The notes beneath the pieces are model-generated. The model made no database searches. It saw only the letters and a list, made by a program, of their open reading frames with translations, and was not told the DNA's origin. A stretch of DNA of 64,000 bases from Eledone cirrhosa (taxonomy: Eukaryota): the NCBI GenBank assembly GCA_964016885.1, contig OZ024740.1, forward strand, positions 182,218,001 to 182,282,000. Direction: 5' to 3'. The position numbers and the translations under genes are program-made. This document shows positions 1-14,358 of this stretch, piece after piece. Every line of letters starts with the position of its first letter. The first letter of the stretch is position 1.

Positions 1-2054
1 GAGTCAAACTGCAATGACCCATCCAACCCATGTTAACATGGACAATGGATGTATAATGATGATGATAATGAGGATAATGACATCAATGATTATGTAAAGG
101 ATGCTTTTACACATAGATGTGTGCATTATGTGTGCATAGCATAGATGTGTGCATAGCATAGAGTTTGATCAACAAAATCCAAGACCTCATTTGCTTTCCG
201 AGTGGGGGTGGAACTCATTAAATCTGGCCAAAGAAATGATGTTTCTATTGCTCTTTCCATTGATGATACTATCTACAAGTTGCAATTCCTGGTGTGATAT
301 GGTACAACATGATATGTTCACATAATACATAGCTTCTTCAAAAGTAATCCATCAAATATATTGGTATTTAAAGTATTCTTATGAAACTTATTAAAACTAT
401 TCTTTCATGGAATTTGATGGATAGAGTGCGATATAAGTTGGAACTGAAAATCAAGTAACATCTATTTCGTTAAATCATGAGCATCTTGCTAATGAAGCTG
501 TATGAGTTAATTTAATTAAAGAGTTATTGAATTACTATTATTATTATATTTTTATCTTGAGAAGTTTAACAGTCATAAAATTAAAAGATGGAAAAAGAAA
601 TGTTTTATTATATTTATAAATTAGGTTGTATCTGTTTAATGTTTGAATTACATGAGTCATAAATTTTACTAAAATTACCCCATTTAAAAAACAACCTTAC
701 ATTTTTGATATCCATAAAATCTTGATGAAAGAAATTTGCTTCTGAAAATGATTATTTTATGTATTTTTAAGAGGCACTTCAAGAAAAAATACAATCATTT
801 TCATTTGTGATAAATTTGGCATAATTTTGTATAAAAATTGTTAAGTTTACTGGAGGTTGTAATATGTTTTAACCAAAACAAGTTTCCATTATAAATATGT
901 ATGTCTTGGTCATACTTAATGTAAACCAATGAAATAGGATTCCCAGAAACAAAATTCATTCTTTAAAGACCAACCATGTTTATATAGTTTTCTTTGCTAA
1001 AATGTTTGTAAAAAAAATGTATATATCATGTAAATTTAGTGCACAAGACTGTGTAAATAATGAGCTATGTAGTCTAGTCATGTGATTCTGTCAATGTGAT
1101 AAACCAAAATTAATTATTTCTTTCACAATTCATTCACTGGTACTTATAATAAAAGCTTTCAGAATTGTTCAGAAATATATTTTAATAAAGCTCAAATGTC
1201 ATCTCATTGTCAGATGAACTGTTAGGATTGATAAGGGCGGAGTCAGATTGCCATCTGAAAGGCAAAATGCTATTCAATTGTTTATTTTATAGTATGCATT
1301 TAGTGAACAATAGTTTTGTTGTTTACAGGTTTACTTCTGGTCAGTTATTGGTTCACCACATTTCTGATATGAAAGTGACAAGGCATTGTCTGTGCAACTC
1401 AGGATTAACAAATATCACATTGTTTTCCGGATTTTTCAACAATATTTACATTTTTCACCAATAAACATTAGCAAAACATACATAAACTAACATAATAGGC
1501 TTTCTAAAATTTTCTTTACTAGATTCACTGACATGAAGCTTACCAAACCAAGGTTATGATATAAAACCTTTAGCTATGGTAAACATCCTTCTCCCCCTGG
1601 AACAGTGATGTCTCCATATTTTAGATACTTAACTATCACTAACTACACCCATATTGCTGTAGATTGCTAGGTAACATGAACAGCAAAAGCTTTCTGTGGC
1701 ATTGAACAAAAAAAGATTTACAAGAATTTCTTAGCTTTCTATGCAGCATTCAAGTTCACATCTGGGTTTGAGTCATTAATCAAGCAAACTAAAACACTGG
1801 AGTTACTGTACTTACCAGAGACAACAACTTGCTCTCCATTGCAAGTCCACATTTAAATTTTAATCAATTTGAATTTGAAATATACCTCCTTTGCCTTTCT
1901 TAACAAAAATTGTCATTAACACTAATGATTTTTCACTTCAACGGTATAATTTCAATTGATTAAAAATTGTTATTGAATCACTTCATTAAAGCAGCTACTT
2001 ACCAGAGTACAGCGCTGGACTTACCTATAAGCTAAATAAGCTATAGCTATATAA

Positions 2055-2400
2055 ATGACAAATTAGCAGGGGAGGTTGGTGTTTCAAAAGTACAGTAGCC
2101 AGAGTATGAACGGAATGGAAAATGTTTACCCACAAAAGTTTTCTACCTCAAAATGAAGGCAAGATTGTATGATGCATGTATACAAACAGCAATGTTGCAT
2201 GGTAGCGAAGCCTGAGTGCTGTGTGCAGAGGACCTGAAAAGATTAGAAAACAATAAAAGCTTTATGGCAGATGGATATGTAATAGTAATATACATGAATG
2301 GCAAAGCATAAAGGAACTGAAAGAGAAACTGGGTATAAGAGGGATCAGTTGCAGTGTGCAAGAGAGGAGATTGTGATATTATGGACATGTTATGTGGGTT
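2055..2400 (+). pseudogene. Degenerate RTE LINE fragment (RT C-terminal region)
   Basis: Aligns by eye to 30280-30630 (KMKARLYDACIQTAMLHGSEA*VLCAEDLKRLE); has stops and indels. Confidence 0.8.
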
Positions 2401-2699
2401 GGGTTGTTTTTGTCATGGCACCTACGCAATCACTACATTGCACCAAAACAACCATTTTACAGTGTGGGTTGAGAGATGGGGTGGGGGAGGAGCATGTGGA
2501 TGGAGACTTAGATCCAGAGTGGGGAACTTATCTGTTTAAAGGTGAGGTGTAGGGACATGATTGAAAGGTAGGGTATTACAACATGGGTGGAGTGTTAAGG
2601 TGTGGGAGGTGTATGGAAGGGGGAGGTGAAGGTAGGGGAAACTGGTGCATACTAGATGTATGTTTCAGCCTGTGTGTATGGGAAGGCATTTGCATAACT

Positions 2700-2830
2700 C
2701 CAAATATCTCAATCTTGTGTCATCGCCTTTGAGAGGTGCAACTGTTGAAGGTCAGCTTTTATCACCTCATCCCAAGTCTTCCTAGGTTATCCTATTCCAT
2801 AGTTTCCATCAAGTTTGATCTCCCTGCGCC
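2700..2830 (-). pseudogene. Degenerate RTE LINE 3' ORF end
   Basis: Minus strand reads PRKTWDEVIKADLQQLHLSKAMTQD, homologous to the end of the 24182-27169 ORF. Confidence 0.7.
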
Positions 2831-3231
2831 ATGTGTGCCAGGGTGCATGTGAATGGGGCGTGGTTGTGGGATGTGATGGGTTGAGCAGATCAAAGAAAGA
2901 GGGGTAGATGTGTGTAGGAAAAAATGCGCAGCTGTTCCCTCTGGTAGCATGAGTAGATGGGTTTGAGGCAGAATGTGAGGCTGAAAACAATGATGTGGAG
3001 TGTGGAATGTGCTGATGTCCCAATGTTCAATGAATGTTTTGGCCAGTCAGCAGCTATTTTGACCAATGTAGATGGTCTCACATAAAGTGCATCAGAGCCC
3101 ATAAATCAGGCCAATGGAGGTGCAGCCATAGTGTGCAGCCATAGTGTGGTATGCATGATGAAGCTGAATATGTGGTAGTGGGGTTGAGAGTAGTGGTGGG
3201 ATTCAAAAAATGGAACTCCTATATATATATT

Positions 3232-3540
3232 TGTTTTTCACCGCTCCAAATAATGACGTATTATATTCGTTTTTTCCCGTTCTTTGCAAGGGAACGTTTC
3301 CACGAACCAAAGTATCGTCTTCCTGTCTTCCTCCGGTTGCAACGTTTTTTGAAATATTCACTTCTGCGTTCACAGATTGACTTTATTAGTTTCAGAAGAT
3401 CCCGTTAAGGGTGAAAGCAGCGATATTTTGCTTAAACTTTAATCTGTTATTTTAATAAATATTTGCTCTACGGTTCTTATATATTTGATATATATTTATC
3501 CATATCGAGCTCTCTTTGGATTTTAGTCTTCAAATTACTA
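3232..3540 (+). mobile_element. Solo arm of the 38.4-39.9 kb fold-back element family
   Basis: Similar to 39735-39940 and to the reverse complement of 38395-38700; flanked by (TA)n. Confidence 0.85.
3388..3438 (+). ncRNA. Hammerhead-like fold, type I, variant core CAGAAGA (family B)
   Basis: AGTTT-CAGAAGA-TCCC gttaa GGGT-GAAA-GCAG cgatatt TTGC-TT-AAACT; stems I, II and III can all form. Confidence 0.55.
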
Positions 3541-3549
3541 TATATATAT

Positions 3550-4016
3550 TCAAGACAATGTCACTGGACCGAGACCTTTGGCGGTACTCAGTAACAGAGA
3601 AGACCCGCCTTACCTAAATATATAGTAAAACCTACTCCAGCCAGTAGGCATCTCTAACAAAATACACCCCGTCCCACCACCACCACCCCCACCCCATCCA
3701 CACCACCCCGTTCTATGTAAAGTTATGTTGGTGCCGCGCCATCGAGGCCGAAACAAATGAGATCGTGTAGATGTCACGACAAAAAAACACACAGTCCACG
3801 CTGTAATGTGGCCGTGTAGGCAACACGGTAAAAACCTCCCAGACCCACACTGTAAATGTGGTTGGTGTTAGGAAGGGCATCCAACTGTAGAAAACCTCCC
3901 AGACAGTCCTATGCGAGCAAGACAATCACTCTTGCCTCAAGTGGGACTACCCCCGTCCAAACCCATGCAAGCGTGGAACACGGACGTTAAACGTTGATGA
4001 TGATGATGATGATGAT
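3550..4016 (+). mobile_element. 5'-truncated RTE LINE copy (last codons, 3' UTR, (GAT)n tail)
   Basis: Near-identical to 30762-31213 and to the reverse complement of 23817-24260; ends in (GAT)n. Confidence 0.92.
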
Positions 4017-7000
4017 ATTTAAGGATTTTCTTTTGGTTGTTTCTATATCAAATTTGTTCATTAATATTTTAATATATTATTTGAAAATTAAACTTTTTAA
4101 TAGATAGTAAGCTTCCACCTAAAAAAAAAAGCATAAAATCCTGCAAATTTGTGTCATCTACCAATTGTAGCCCAACTTGGTAACCCTACTAAAAAATCTC
4201 ACTACCCCTCAATCTTTTCACCTTTTGCTTCCATTGCCAACCTACTCAATAAGCTTATAACTGCTTTATGTAGGTTCATTCTTTCAAGGATTAATAGTTA
4301 TGCATTTTATATTTCTTAAATAAATTATTGCTAATCCCAACTAAAACTCCTGCTGAATTTATTAATTACAGAATGCAATTTTATAATGTGTTGTTTAATA
4401 AATCATGTTGTTTATTTCCAAATTTCTAATTCTATTTTCATTTTCAGTTTGCTGAAAATCTGTTTCATTCCCAAACATCTTAATCTGTGCTAATAGAAGC
4501 TTACATTTCTGTTGTGTAACCATCACCTTAAAGACGCTATTGCCCCCCCCCTTCTTTCTCTATCTATCTTTCATTCTCTCTCTCTCATTCACTCGACATA
4601 CACACACACACATATAATTAAAAAGTGCTTTCTGAATCAGGACAGAAGGGAATGACAGTTAAAAATTGTATTCACTACATTAGTAGAGAATGTATATGTT
4701 TATTTCATGCAGAAATAAGGGACTAAAATGGTTTCATTCATTTGAAGTTATCAGAATATTTCAAATGTATGAAACAGTTCTAGTCCTGTAGAAGTTATTT
4801 CTATATGAAACACACACATATATATATATCATTGTCACCACCATCATCACTCTCTAATGTCTATGATCCATGCTTGCATGGTTAAATAGGCTGTCACATT
4901 ATGTGGCCAGACAGGTTGGATAACTGTATTTTCCTCAAACAATCTATTTTTGACTTGATTTTATACAGTTGGATGTCCTCGGTATCGCAAAACCCCATAC
5001 AAGCTGGATTGGATGTTTTTTTTCATATAACCAGCATGACAATCTTACAGAAGAGATTGGGTGTAGTTTTTACCATGGCACCATCAATAGCACTTTGCAA
5101 GGTGCTTGGTGTCATGGCATTAGTATGACCACTTTACAGGTCTGGCTGTGTGCTATTGTTATGGCAACAGCACAACCACCTTATAGGGTGTTTATCTAGT
5201 CTCATATCCCCCCTTCATCTTCATTTCTATTAAGATTGTCTTTATATTTTTTTTTTATTATATTCATTAGATTATTTTTCACTTCACTTTTTCTTTGCTA
5301 TCACTTCTATTGTTGGACTTATCTATAAGCTAAATAAGCTAAAGCTTAGTACCACACAACATCAAGGGCCTCATGTTTAAAAATATATTTTTATTTTAAC
5401 ATATATATATTGCATATTATATAGACAGTTATGAAGAAAATGAATTAGCAGAGCCATTAGAGCATCATCTCGAATGGCGTCTAATATTTGTTCTAACTCT
5501 TTGCACTCCAAGTTCAAATTCTGCAATGGACATATTTTCCATTCATCATTTCATAGTCAATTAATAAAGTACATGTACAGGGTGGTAGATTAAAGGAATT
5601 GTGAGAGAATTGAGCCAAATGTCTTGTATTATCTATTCTGGCTGTCTGTATTCAGAGTTCAAATCCTGCTTCCTGCTACGAGAAAATGTTGGCCCTCAGA
5701 GGGTTGGAGCCCCTATCATTAAACCATTCTAGAAACCTCCTATGAAATGCAACTTCATAGGAGACTGAAAATGGAAGCTATAACAACTAAAGCTACAAAT
5801 GCATTGTTTGAGGTAATGCCACCATCTTGAAGTTCCCTCTATTATATGACATTAGTAATATTGAGCTAGCAGGATATAGTAAAGCATTGATGGTGCCAGA
5901 ATACTAAGCCAGTGGGTTCAATGTGTTAAAGAAAATAGAAAGTTTTAAAATATATGTTTCTGAATATCCCATATTTATTGAGATTTTTTTCTGTCTTCAC
6001 TATTATTGCCTCCTTGGTTAACCCTTTGGATACCAAGCAACCTGAAACTGCCAATGGCCCTGCGATACAAAACTGTTTTTTAAGTGTTTATATTAATTGA
6101 AAAATCTTCCAAAATAAAATTATGTAAGAATCATTCATAAATTATGCTCCAAATACCAGCTTATTAATGAGAAATTTACTTTGTAGAATTTAAAAAAAAA
6201 GAACTATTGCATAAAACTAAAACCTTCATTTAACATAACCTCCACCCTCCAAGACACTGCATCAATAATCCAGGCTTAATTTGGACTCTGCCAGGAAATA
6301 CATTATATTATTAAACTCCTCCAAATTCTTGATTATTTTCAAAATTATTTGAAAATCATAGGCTGTTAAAATTCAAAGTAATTCATTAGAAAGATGGTAA
6401 TGAAAGGGTTAATAATGGCTGAAAGCTTTGTTATTTTTTATTAAGATTTAAAAAAAAGAATTTCTTCACTTTAGTAAACATTTAATGCTATTATTTATCA
6501 GTGAACTTTCCTCTTTTGCAGACTTAGTTTTTTAAAACTTTTGTCCTCAATAACATTTTTTTAGTACGTTTTATTCATTTTATCAGACACTACCATGTTT
6601 AATTTATTACAAAAGAATACAAAGCTTGATCATCAAGATAAAATTCCATACCTTGCTATTGTTTATATTTGTGTGAAGTAGAGGTGGGGTTATCACAATT
6701 CAGTAGCAAAGTGAAAGACAACCATTGTATTAGAAGACAATGTTTACCACATTTACCATTTTCTAGTGTCGCTGAGAGATAATTAGTTCCCATTGAAAAG
6801 ATATATTGTTTGTTTTAGAGTCTCTTTGATCATTTCACTGAAAAAGCAGCCACATGAATCCTAATCTGATAAGAAATTAAAAACTAAATATTTAAATTGA
6901 AGCTGTATAGGTAAATTACAAGTAGTTCTAAGTTTACGATATTGAGATTCATGATAGAATTCCCCTTTGAAAGAGACGGAAAAACATATATAACATTTTG

Positions 7001-7331
7001 TATGCTTTTATACATACAAGGTTAGAAATCCTCACCATTATGTTTCTATTAAATATCATATAAGAATGTGTGATTTAGTGGTTAGAGAATTGCATTCACA
7101 ATCGTGAGTTTGTGAGTTCCATTCCCAAACTGGATGATGTCTTCTATCCTTGAGCAAGGAACTTTATTTCGCGTGGCTCTTTCTGTTAAGAGTTATCACT
7201 GGTAGAGAGTATCAGCAATTAAAAGACCAATGAAAACATTGTTTCCTTGGTCTGATTTGATGAGTTACACCCAACTGAGTAGGTGAATGAGGTCTGGGAT
7301 CTTGTTGATCAATTCTATTATATATCATATA

Positions 7332-8290
7332 CTAACCAAATTACCCACACTTTGCTGCGTTTCACACATTTATTTTGTAAGAAAATGATGATTTATTTTA
7401 AATCAGTGATATAATTTATGGGGAAAAACTCTGCATTTAAATATTACTCAATGTAAAATGTAATGCATGAAAAGTTGGAAAACATTATTTTTTGTAATAT
7501 ATCAAATCAAAATTACATTATTAAATCTTATTCTTATTTTGTTTCTTGTAAATAATTTTTTTTAAAATATCAATTCAAAACTTGATCATTTCATTTTTGT
7601 GTAAAGCATTATTTTCAAATTAGAAATTCAAAGTTTAATTATTTATTTTTTAACATAATAAATACATGGAAATATATTTCATACTTTGTCCTAATGAAGA
7701 ACTTCAGGGTAAACAACATTTCTTGTATTTCTTTGATTGGCTAAAATGTAGAGATTTTTTGAAGTTCTAGTCCTTGAAACAGCCACATAAAACATGCCAT
7801 GACTGAGACATAGGTTTCTCAGAGCTATACCAATAGTTTTGAAAATTTGACCTTGAATCTTATTGATGTTCATGGCAAAGCATGGCCTCACTGGGAACTG
7901 CAGCCTCTTAAATGTAAAAGGCAACTTGCTATCACTTGGTATAAGTGGAATCCTCAGAATGAGAAGAGCTTGAACTTTGTAAGCCTGAATATAATGGTTG
8001 CTTCAATCAAGTTCTCATGCAATCTTGTTACAACACATCTTGTTCCATTTATTGGCCAAAACTTTCACTATGAGGGGTTTAACCCCCATTAGGGTGTCTT
8101 AATATTACTGAAATTTGCCGAAATTTGTGAATAGGCATCATATCTTGTCACTTACCTATGGTTTAAATACCCTGGGCAATGTAGTTTCAGAATATATATG
8201 GTTATGGGGGTCTATCTCCAAAACCATAGGAGGAGTTCATGACAAACAAACAAAAAACAGACAGGAACTACAACTTTATATATATATAGA
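7332..8290 (-). mobile_element. Internally deleted Helitron
   Basis: Minus strand starts A|TCTATATATATATAAAG (TC 5' end) and ends CGCAGCAAAGTGTGGGTAATTTGGTTAG|T (decayed hairpin and CTAG-like end); contains a helicase remnant. Confidence 0.7.
7691..8050 (-). pseudogene. PIF1-like Helitron RepHel helicase C-terminus fragment
   Basis: NGTRCVVTRLHENLIEATI...PFTFKRLQFPVRPCFAMNINKIQGQ...SHGMFYVAVSR...TRNVVYPEVL; helicase motifs V/VI, frameshifted. Confidence 0.92.
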
Positions 8291-8547
8291 TGAATGCTAT
8301 AATAATATTATTTATAATAATTGTGCAAATAGGGAATTGGCAGAATTATTACAGTGTCAGACAAAATGATTTATGGTATTTATTCCAGCTCATTACATTC
8401 TAAGTTCAAATCCTATCAAAGTCAACATGGAATTTTATTCTCCCAGAGTTGATAAAAATAAAGTATAAAATTGACTTGTCCCTTTCTGCAAATTGCAGGC
8501 TTTGTACCTAATTAAAAAATAAAGTTATGATTGTAATAATTATTGAC

Positions 8548-8770
8548 GGTAGTGGATTGATATAGCATCGGTAGAGCATCAGACGAGATGCTTTACTGCA
8601 TAGAGTTACAGCACTTTACGATTTGAGTTCAAATCCCACCAAGGTTAGCTTAGGTTTTCATCTTTTTGGGGTCAATAAAAGAAAGTAACAGTAATGCACT
8701 TGGATCAATTTAACTGACTTTTCCCCTCTCCCAAAATTGTTAGCCTTTTGCCTGAATCAGAAACCTTTAT
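8548..8770 (+). mobile_element. tRNA-derived SINE family 1, degenerate copy
   Basis: B-box GAGTTCAAATCCC and body similar to 56444-56640; other decayed copies near 5450, 8330, 8930, 42330-42660, 60580-60870. Confidence 0.7.
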
Positions 8771-9552
8771 AATTCAAATCTTTGCAGGATTAATTTTAAC
8801 TTTTATGCTTTTATGGTAAATAAAATAACTACTAGTCAAGTACAGAGGTTATTTCACATACGGTTCCCAACCTACCATGCCCAAAGTCTACTGCCTTGTA
8901 TCTATTTCATTATTAGCTCTATTTTGTTTGTGCAGTATAGAGTTTATGGCACTTTACGTTCTGAGTTCAAATGCTGTGGATGTTAGCTTTGCATTTCATC
9001 CTTACTGGGTTGATAAATAAAGTATCAGTAATGTACTGGGGTCAACTTAATCGACTTTCCCCTCCCCACAAATTGCTGACCTTTTTCATATAGCAGAAAT
9101 TATTATTAACTCCACTTTTTATGGCTTGAGAAATACAGCAAAAAGGTTCCATTCTTTAGAAAGTATTAGATAAATCTTTAAAATTATGCATGAAAATCTC
9201 CAAGACAACAAATGCTGTGAGAAAGCCTTACATTCTGATGTTGCTAATTTTTGAAACATACCTATGTTTCTCTGTATAAGTATTTTGTCAATGTCATTAC
9301 AGATGTGCTTGGGTAGCATTATCGTAATACCAATTATAATAGGAATGATAAACATGTTCCCTAACTGCCATAATTTAGCAAGCAAGTCAACATATTTTCT
9401 TAGATGTCCAATATAGCTATTTGATATTGCTATGAAGATAGTTATCACTGTCACTATTGTTATGAAAATTTCATAGGTTTCATTATATGGTACATTTTGC
9501 TCTCCCTGTATGCTAACATTCCATAGTATTTTTGCATCATTATTTTTTGAGG

Positions 9553-9745
9553 GCAGTGGATTGGCAGTATTGTTAGAGGGTCGGACGCCATGCTTTGCAG
9601 CAAAGAGTTACGTCCCTTTATGGTTTGAGTTCAAATCCCGCCGAGGTTAACTTTGCCTTTCATCCTTACGGGGTCGATAAAATAAAGCACCAGTAATACA
9701 CTGGGATAATTGCTGGCCTTGTGCCAAATGTAGAAACAATTATTT
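9553..9745 (+). mobile_element. tRNA-derived SINE family 1
   Basis: TGGCAGTATTGTTAGAG A-box-like motif, GAGTTCAAATCCC B-box, body CATCCTTACGGGGTCGATAAAATAAAG, (ATT) tail; matches 45035-45220 and 56444-56640. Confidence 0.85.
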
Positions 9746-10276
9746 TTTTAGAAACTTTTCCATGAGTACCATTTTTTTAAGAAGTTAAAATTGGATGATG
9801 GTCAGGTATATGTAGATAAGTTTACTGTTATTGTATTTCCAAATTTATTTTGTAGGAGCTAGTGTAGAGCATCCTGATACAATTCAGTGTATTGTTGTAT
9901 AAAATACACCACACAAGTGATACTTATGATCTACATTGTTAAGATTATGGATATCTCATTCAATATATCTGTTGGGGCTGGCCTAGATTTCTACAGCAAA
10001 TATTGTTGTATTTAAGTGGGATTTGTTCATGCAGACTATTTATTTTAAAATATATATGTAGGACATACAGATCATGAAAGTATTGCCCATGTAAAGGTAT
10101 GCCCTTATGGGTTAACCATGGTTAACTTATGTACCACTCTAAAACCTGAACTTTATGATTTTAGCAGATTGAAATCTTGAAACCTAATTCAGTTTCTTCT
10201 AAGAATATTTGTGCCTGTGTAGTGGGTGTAATAGATTTGCTACCTGCTGTATAATCATAATTATCAAATGTACATT

Positions 10277-10560
10277 TATCATCATCATTGTTTAACGTCT
10301 ATCTTCAACGCTAGCATGGGTTAGATGTGAGTTGTCCCACTTGAGGCAAGATTGGTCGGGTGATCGTGTCTCGCTTGTATAGGACTATCTGGCAGGTTTT
10401 CTATGGCTGGATGCCCTTCCTAACACCAACCACATTTACAGTGTGGACTGGGAACTTTTTACCATGTTACCCACACGGCCACATTACAGCGTGGATGGTT
10501 TTTTTTTTTTGTCGTGACACCTACACAATCTCATTAGTTTGGATTGGATGTTGTGGTACC
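10277..10560 (-). mobile_element. RTE 3' UTR fragment with (GAT)n tail
   Basis: Similar to 23817-24110. Confidence 0.85.
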
Positions 10561-12904
10561 AAGATAATTGTCACCTTTCATTTTCCAGTCCAAATACTTT
10601 AAAATATTAAAATAATTCTCCAACTTGGAAAATATTAAAATAATTCTCCAACTTGGAAAATTTACAAAGCACAATTTTATGCTTCAAATAAAAAAAGAGA
10701 TGAAGGATGAGCTTGATCCTCTCTGTTCCTAAGTAATATTCAATTTGGATTTTTCCTTAAGCAGACTGATAGATAATAAGCATAGGGGAAAATGAGGGCC
10801 AGCTGGAGCATCATAATGGAATATTTTGTCATGTATACTTAGGATACTACTGTTTTTAGTTATTGTATTATTAGCTACCATATATTTTTGTCACTACTTT
10901 AGTGTTATTTTAATGAAGTTAAAAATGGTATCATCAAAGGTTTGGCAATGTAGTCATGTAGAACCTAAACAACAGATTTCTTACCACTGATCAAGGCGTA
11001 TGTCAGGTTTATGCTATTACTCTTACATCATGGATATCAGCATGCACTCCTACCAAATTGAGAGAACGATTAAACAGTTTATGGAAATAGCTTTTTGGAT
11101 TTTTTCATTAATCCTGTGAGGAATTGTGCTTTTAAAACCAACCACAACTAAAGCATTTTTTTACTATTGAGAATAAAAGTTTTTCTAATGCCATTTTAAC
11201 TTTCACAAGTTATTCTAAAATTAATTCCATATTTTTCAGCATCCTTTTATTTGAATTAGATAAATTTGAGAAAATGTTGTTTTATGGAAAAAAATACTTT
11301 GTCCTTAAAATCGATATCAATATAACAAACTGTCTTTGCCATTTGTTCGTGATGTGCTTGATTTAGAGCATCATTAAACACAGGCCAAAACATTGGATTT
11401 AAGAAAGCTATGCAGTAATTTCTGGCAAAATAGTGGAAATCTTTGGTAAATACATTCATTCGGCATTAACAAAAATATAAATATTTTTCCGGGTTTCTTT
11501 TATTATTTTATTCAGATGTTCTATCATGACAAGATATTTAATGTTTGCTATCAATTCTCATCCCCCCACCCACTCAAAAAATCTTGAATTGCTTTTCTCC
11601 CCTGGCCTATGGGTATTCTTATGACCATACAATGCAAAATTTTGAGTTACTGAACATTTTATGCAATAGAAAATTCCAGGGAAAATATCTCAACCTTTAT
11701 GTTTTCCTGGAGCAATTTGAGCTTGGAGCTCTCTGTAAATGGTTTCTCTATTCTCTAAAAGATTTTTTCCATTTCCTTTCATTGGATGAAGCAATGTCAA
11801 TGAACATTTTGCTTTTTTATGGTTGCTAAGCCTTTTTGCTGCTTTCCAATGATTAAATCTATTTTCATATTCTGATGAAGACTGATTGGCATTTTGTGAA
11901 TATGGCAAACAACAAAACTAAAAACGTGCATTCTTCTTTAGAGAATAAAGAAACATTTCTGTATCCATTTCCCAACATTCTCTTAAACTATTTTCTATTC
12001 ATTGATCAGTTTTGTATAGGAAGATATAGCCCATTACAATTTCCAACATACTAGGAACCCAAAATAAGTACTTCTGTCCACAGTGCATCTGATATGTTTT
12101 AAATAGTTTATCGAACTCCAAGAAACCTAAATTGAGATTTCATATCATGCCTGATACAAGCAATGATGTGTTGTTCTGGATTTTCTATATTCAATATTCC
12201 TTGACATTCTGCTTTTTATAGGACACTTCTGAATTTATAAAGACAATGATATAACAGCAAACTCGTTTACAAACATTTCTGAAGTTGCCAATGCTGATAA
12301 ACAACTAATTTTTGCAAGAAATAACATCTTGAGTAGACATTTCTTTTAGCTTCACCTTCGTGTATTTTTGTTTCTTCTTGTCATCTGCCCACTCAGTTTC
12401 AAATTTGATATTATTAATATCTACTTTATAGTCTACTCTTCTGAAGTAAAACGAAAATAATACATGCATCAAATGCTGGTGTAGAAAATTTCAGCATTTA
12501 ATGACCTCTAATAGATAGAGGTGAAAGCGGGCATTAAATTAAGATGATAATGATGTTATGTATATTAAAGAAATTCTTTTGTTGACAGATATATTAAAGT
12601 GTTGAATGTGCAACCAGGCCATTTTTGAATCAGCCAGCATTAACGTCTTTGGTTGGCAGCAATGGCTGGCTTCATGTTTTCTGACCACTCTGACCATAGA
12701 AATGGTGAACACACACACATACATATATACACACACCCTTAAATCTATCACCTCTTGAGAATTCTTCCATCTTACTCATCCCCACATAAGTAATGAAACA
12801 TAAAGACACATACAATTGTGTGCATGCACACACATACACACACTTGGGCAGCCACACAACCACTCACTATATATATCTATATCTATATCTATATCTATCT
12901 ATAT

Positions 12905-13125
12905 ATATTTTCTCATGAAAATGTTAGACTATATATATGTGTTTGTGTCTATATTATATCTGTATTTTTGACCACCGTTGGTCAGTCAATGGTAAACATT
13001 GAGGACCGAATAAATTAACTGATATAAAAGATACAGAAGCGAAAACCAACCAAACAGTGAGTGTGTTCTGTTATTAATTCTGGCAATATTATTACAACAA
13101 TATGACCCTCCCCAAGTATATCTAT
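12905..13125 (+). mobile_element. Solo pseudo-LTR of the 53-57 kb Penelope-like family
   Basis: Matches 56960-57092 and the reverse complement of 53228-53420; ends ATGACCCTCCCCAAGTATA then (TA)n. Confidence 0.85.
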
Positions 13126-13137
13126 ATATATATATAT

Positions 13138-13950
13138 AATCCTTTTCTCACTCACATCTCACCCATGTCGGATGGTCTGTATCTCTCGCCCATGAATTCA
13201 CCAAGCTTAAGCTTACAGATTTCATGTGCTTGTCTCTTCCTATCTTTCCGTTGCCATACCATCGTTGTTTGTTTACATGTCTCGCTCGTTTCACCCTATT
13301 TTACTTGTCCCAATAACTTTATTTGTTATTGCTCGTGCCAACTAGATGTATATGATTTTTAAAGCGATGAAATACAAATGAAAGTTGGAAGATCACTGAT
13401 GAAATACTAATTTTATTCATATGTAACCCATGTGCAACCACACAGCGCTCCATTTTTCTCATATTTATATTTTTTCCTCAGCTGCGATTGTCTGTTTCTT
13501 TCTTACTCTCTCTCCTCTTTTTACCCCCTCTGCCAGTCACACTCTCTCTGGTTTCTTCCTCACACTTCCACTCACTCACTCTCTGCTACTCCCCCTCTCT
13601 CACTTCCTCCCGTTTGACCTGTGTGAAATCCTTTTCTCGCTCACATCGCACCCATGTCGGATGGTCTGTATCACTCGCCCATGAATTCACCAAGCTTAAG
13701 CTTACAGATTTCATGTGCTTGCCTCTTCCTATCTTTCCATTGCCATACCATCGTTGTTTGTTTACATGTCTCGCTCATTTCACCCTATTTTACTTGTCCC
13801 AATAACTTTATTTGTTATTGCTCGCGCCAACTAGAGGTATATGATTTTTAAAGCGATGAAATACCAATGAAAGTTGTAAGATCACTGATGAAGGATAATT
13901 TTATTCATATGTAACCCATGTGCAACCACGCAGCGCTCTTTTTTTCTTAT
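13138..13950. repeat. Tandem repeat, about 489-bp period, about 1.65 copies, TA-flanked
   Basis: ATGTCGGATGGTCTG at 13165 and 13654; diverged inverted relative at 35985-36310. Confidence 0.92.
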
Positions 13951-14226
13951 ATTTATATATATATATATATATATATTATAATATAAGCATTTCATTCTAA
14001 AACTTTTCTTTAACATACTATAAAGAAACCTTACCTTTAGATGGATATCATATATCCTTATATGGATAAGCCATGCCCATGATGAAATGACCAGTTGACT
14101 GTAAGCCTGTTTGTCAACTGTCTGGAACTAGCTGTTGAAATACCAATAGCTCAGACATCAAATCCTGAGTTTTTCCAATATATATATATATATATACAAT
14201 GATATTAAATAAATGGAAACTATATT

Positions 14227-14288
14227 TATTCTATTATATATATTTCAAGGGTACCAAAAATTTTGGTACGCTATCATCAGATAAAATA
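14227..14288 (-). ncRNA. Type I hammerhead ribozyme (family A) in a solo arm spanning 14197-14307
   Basis: TATTTTAT-CTGATGA-TAGC GTACCAAAA T TTTTGGTAC CCTT-GAAA-TATATA-TA-ATAGAATA; homolog of 46457-46521. Confidence 0.75.
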
Positions 14289-14358
14289 CGAAGTGTGTTT
14301 TATAAATTTTGACATAACCAAGGAGAATATACTTTAACAGTGCAAGTTATCCAAGGTT

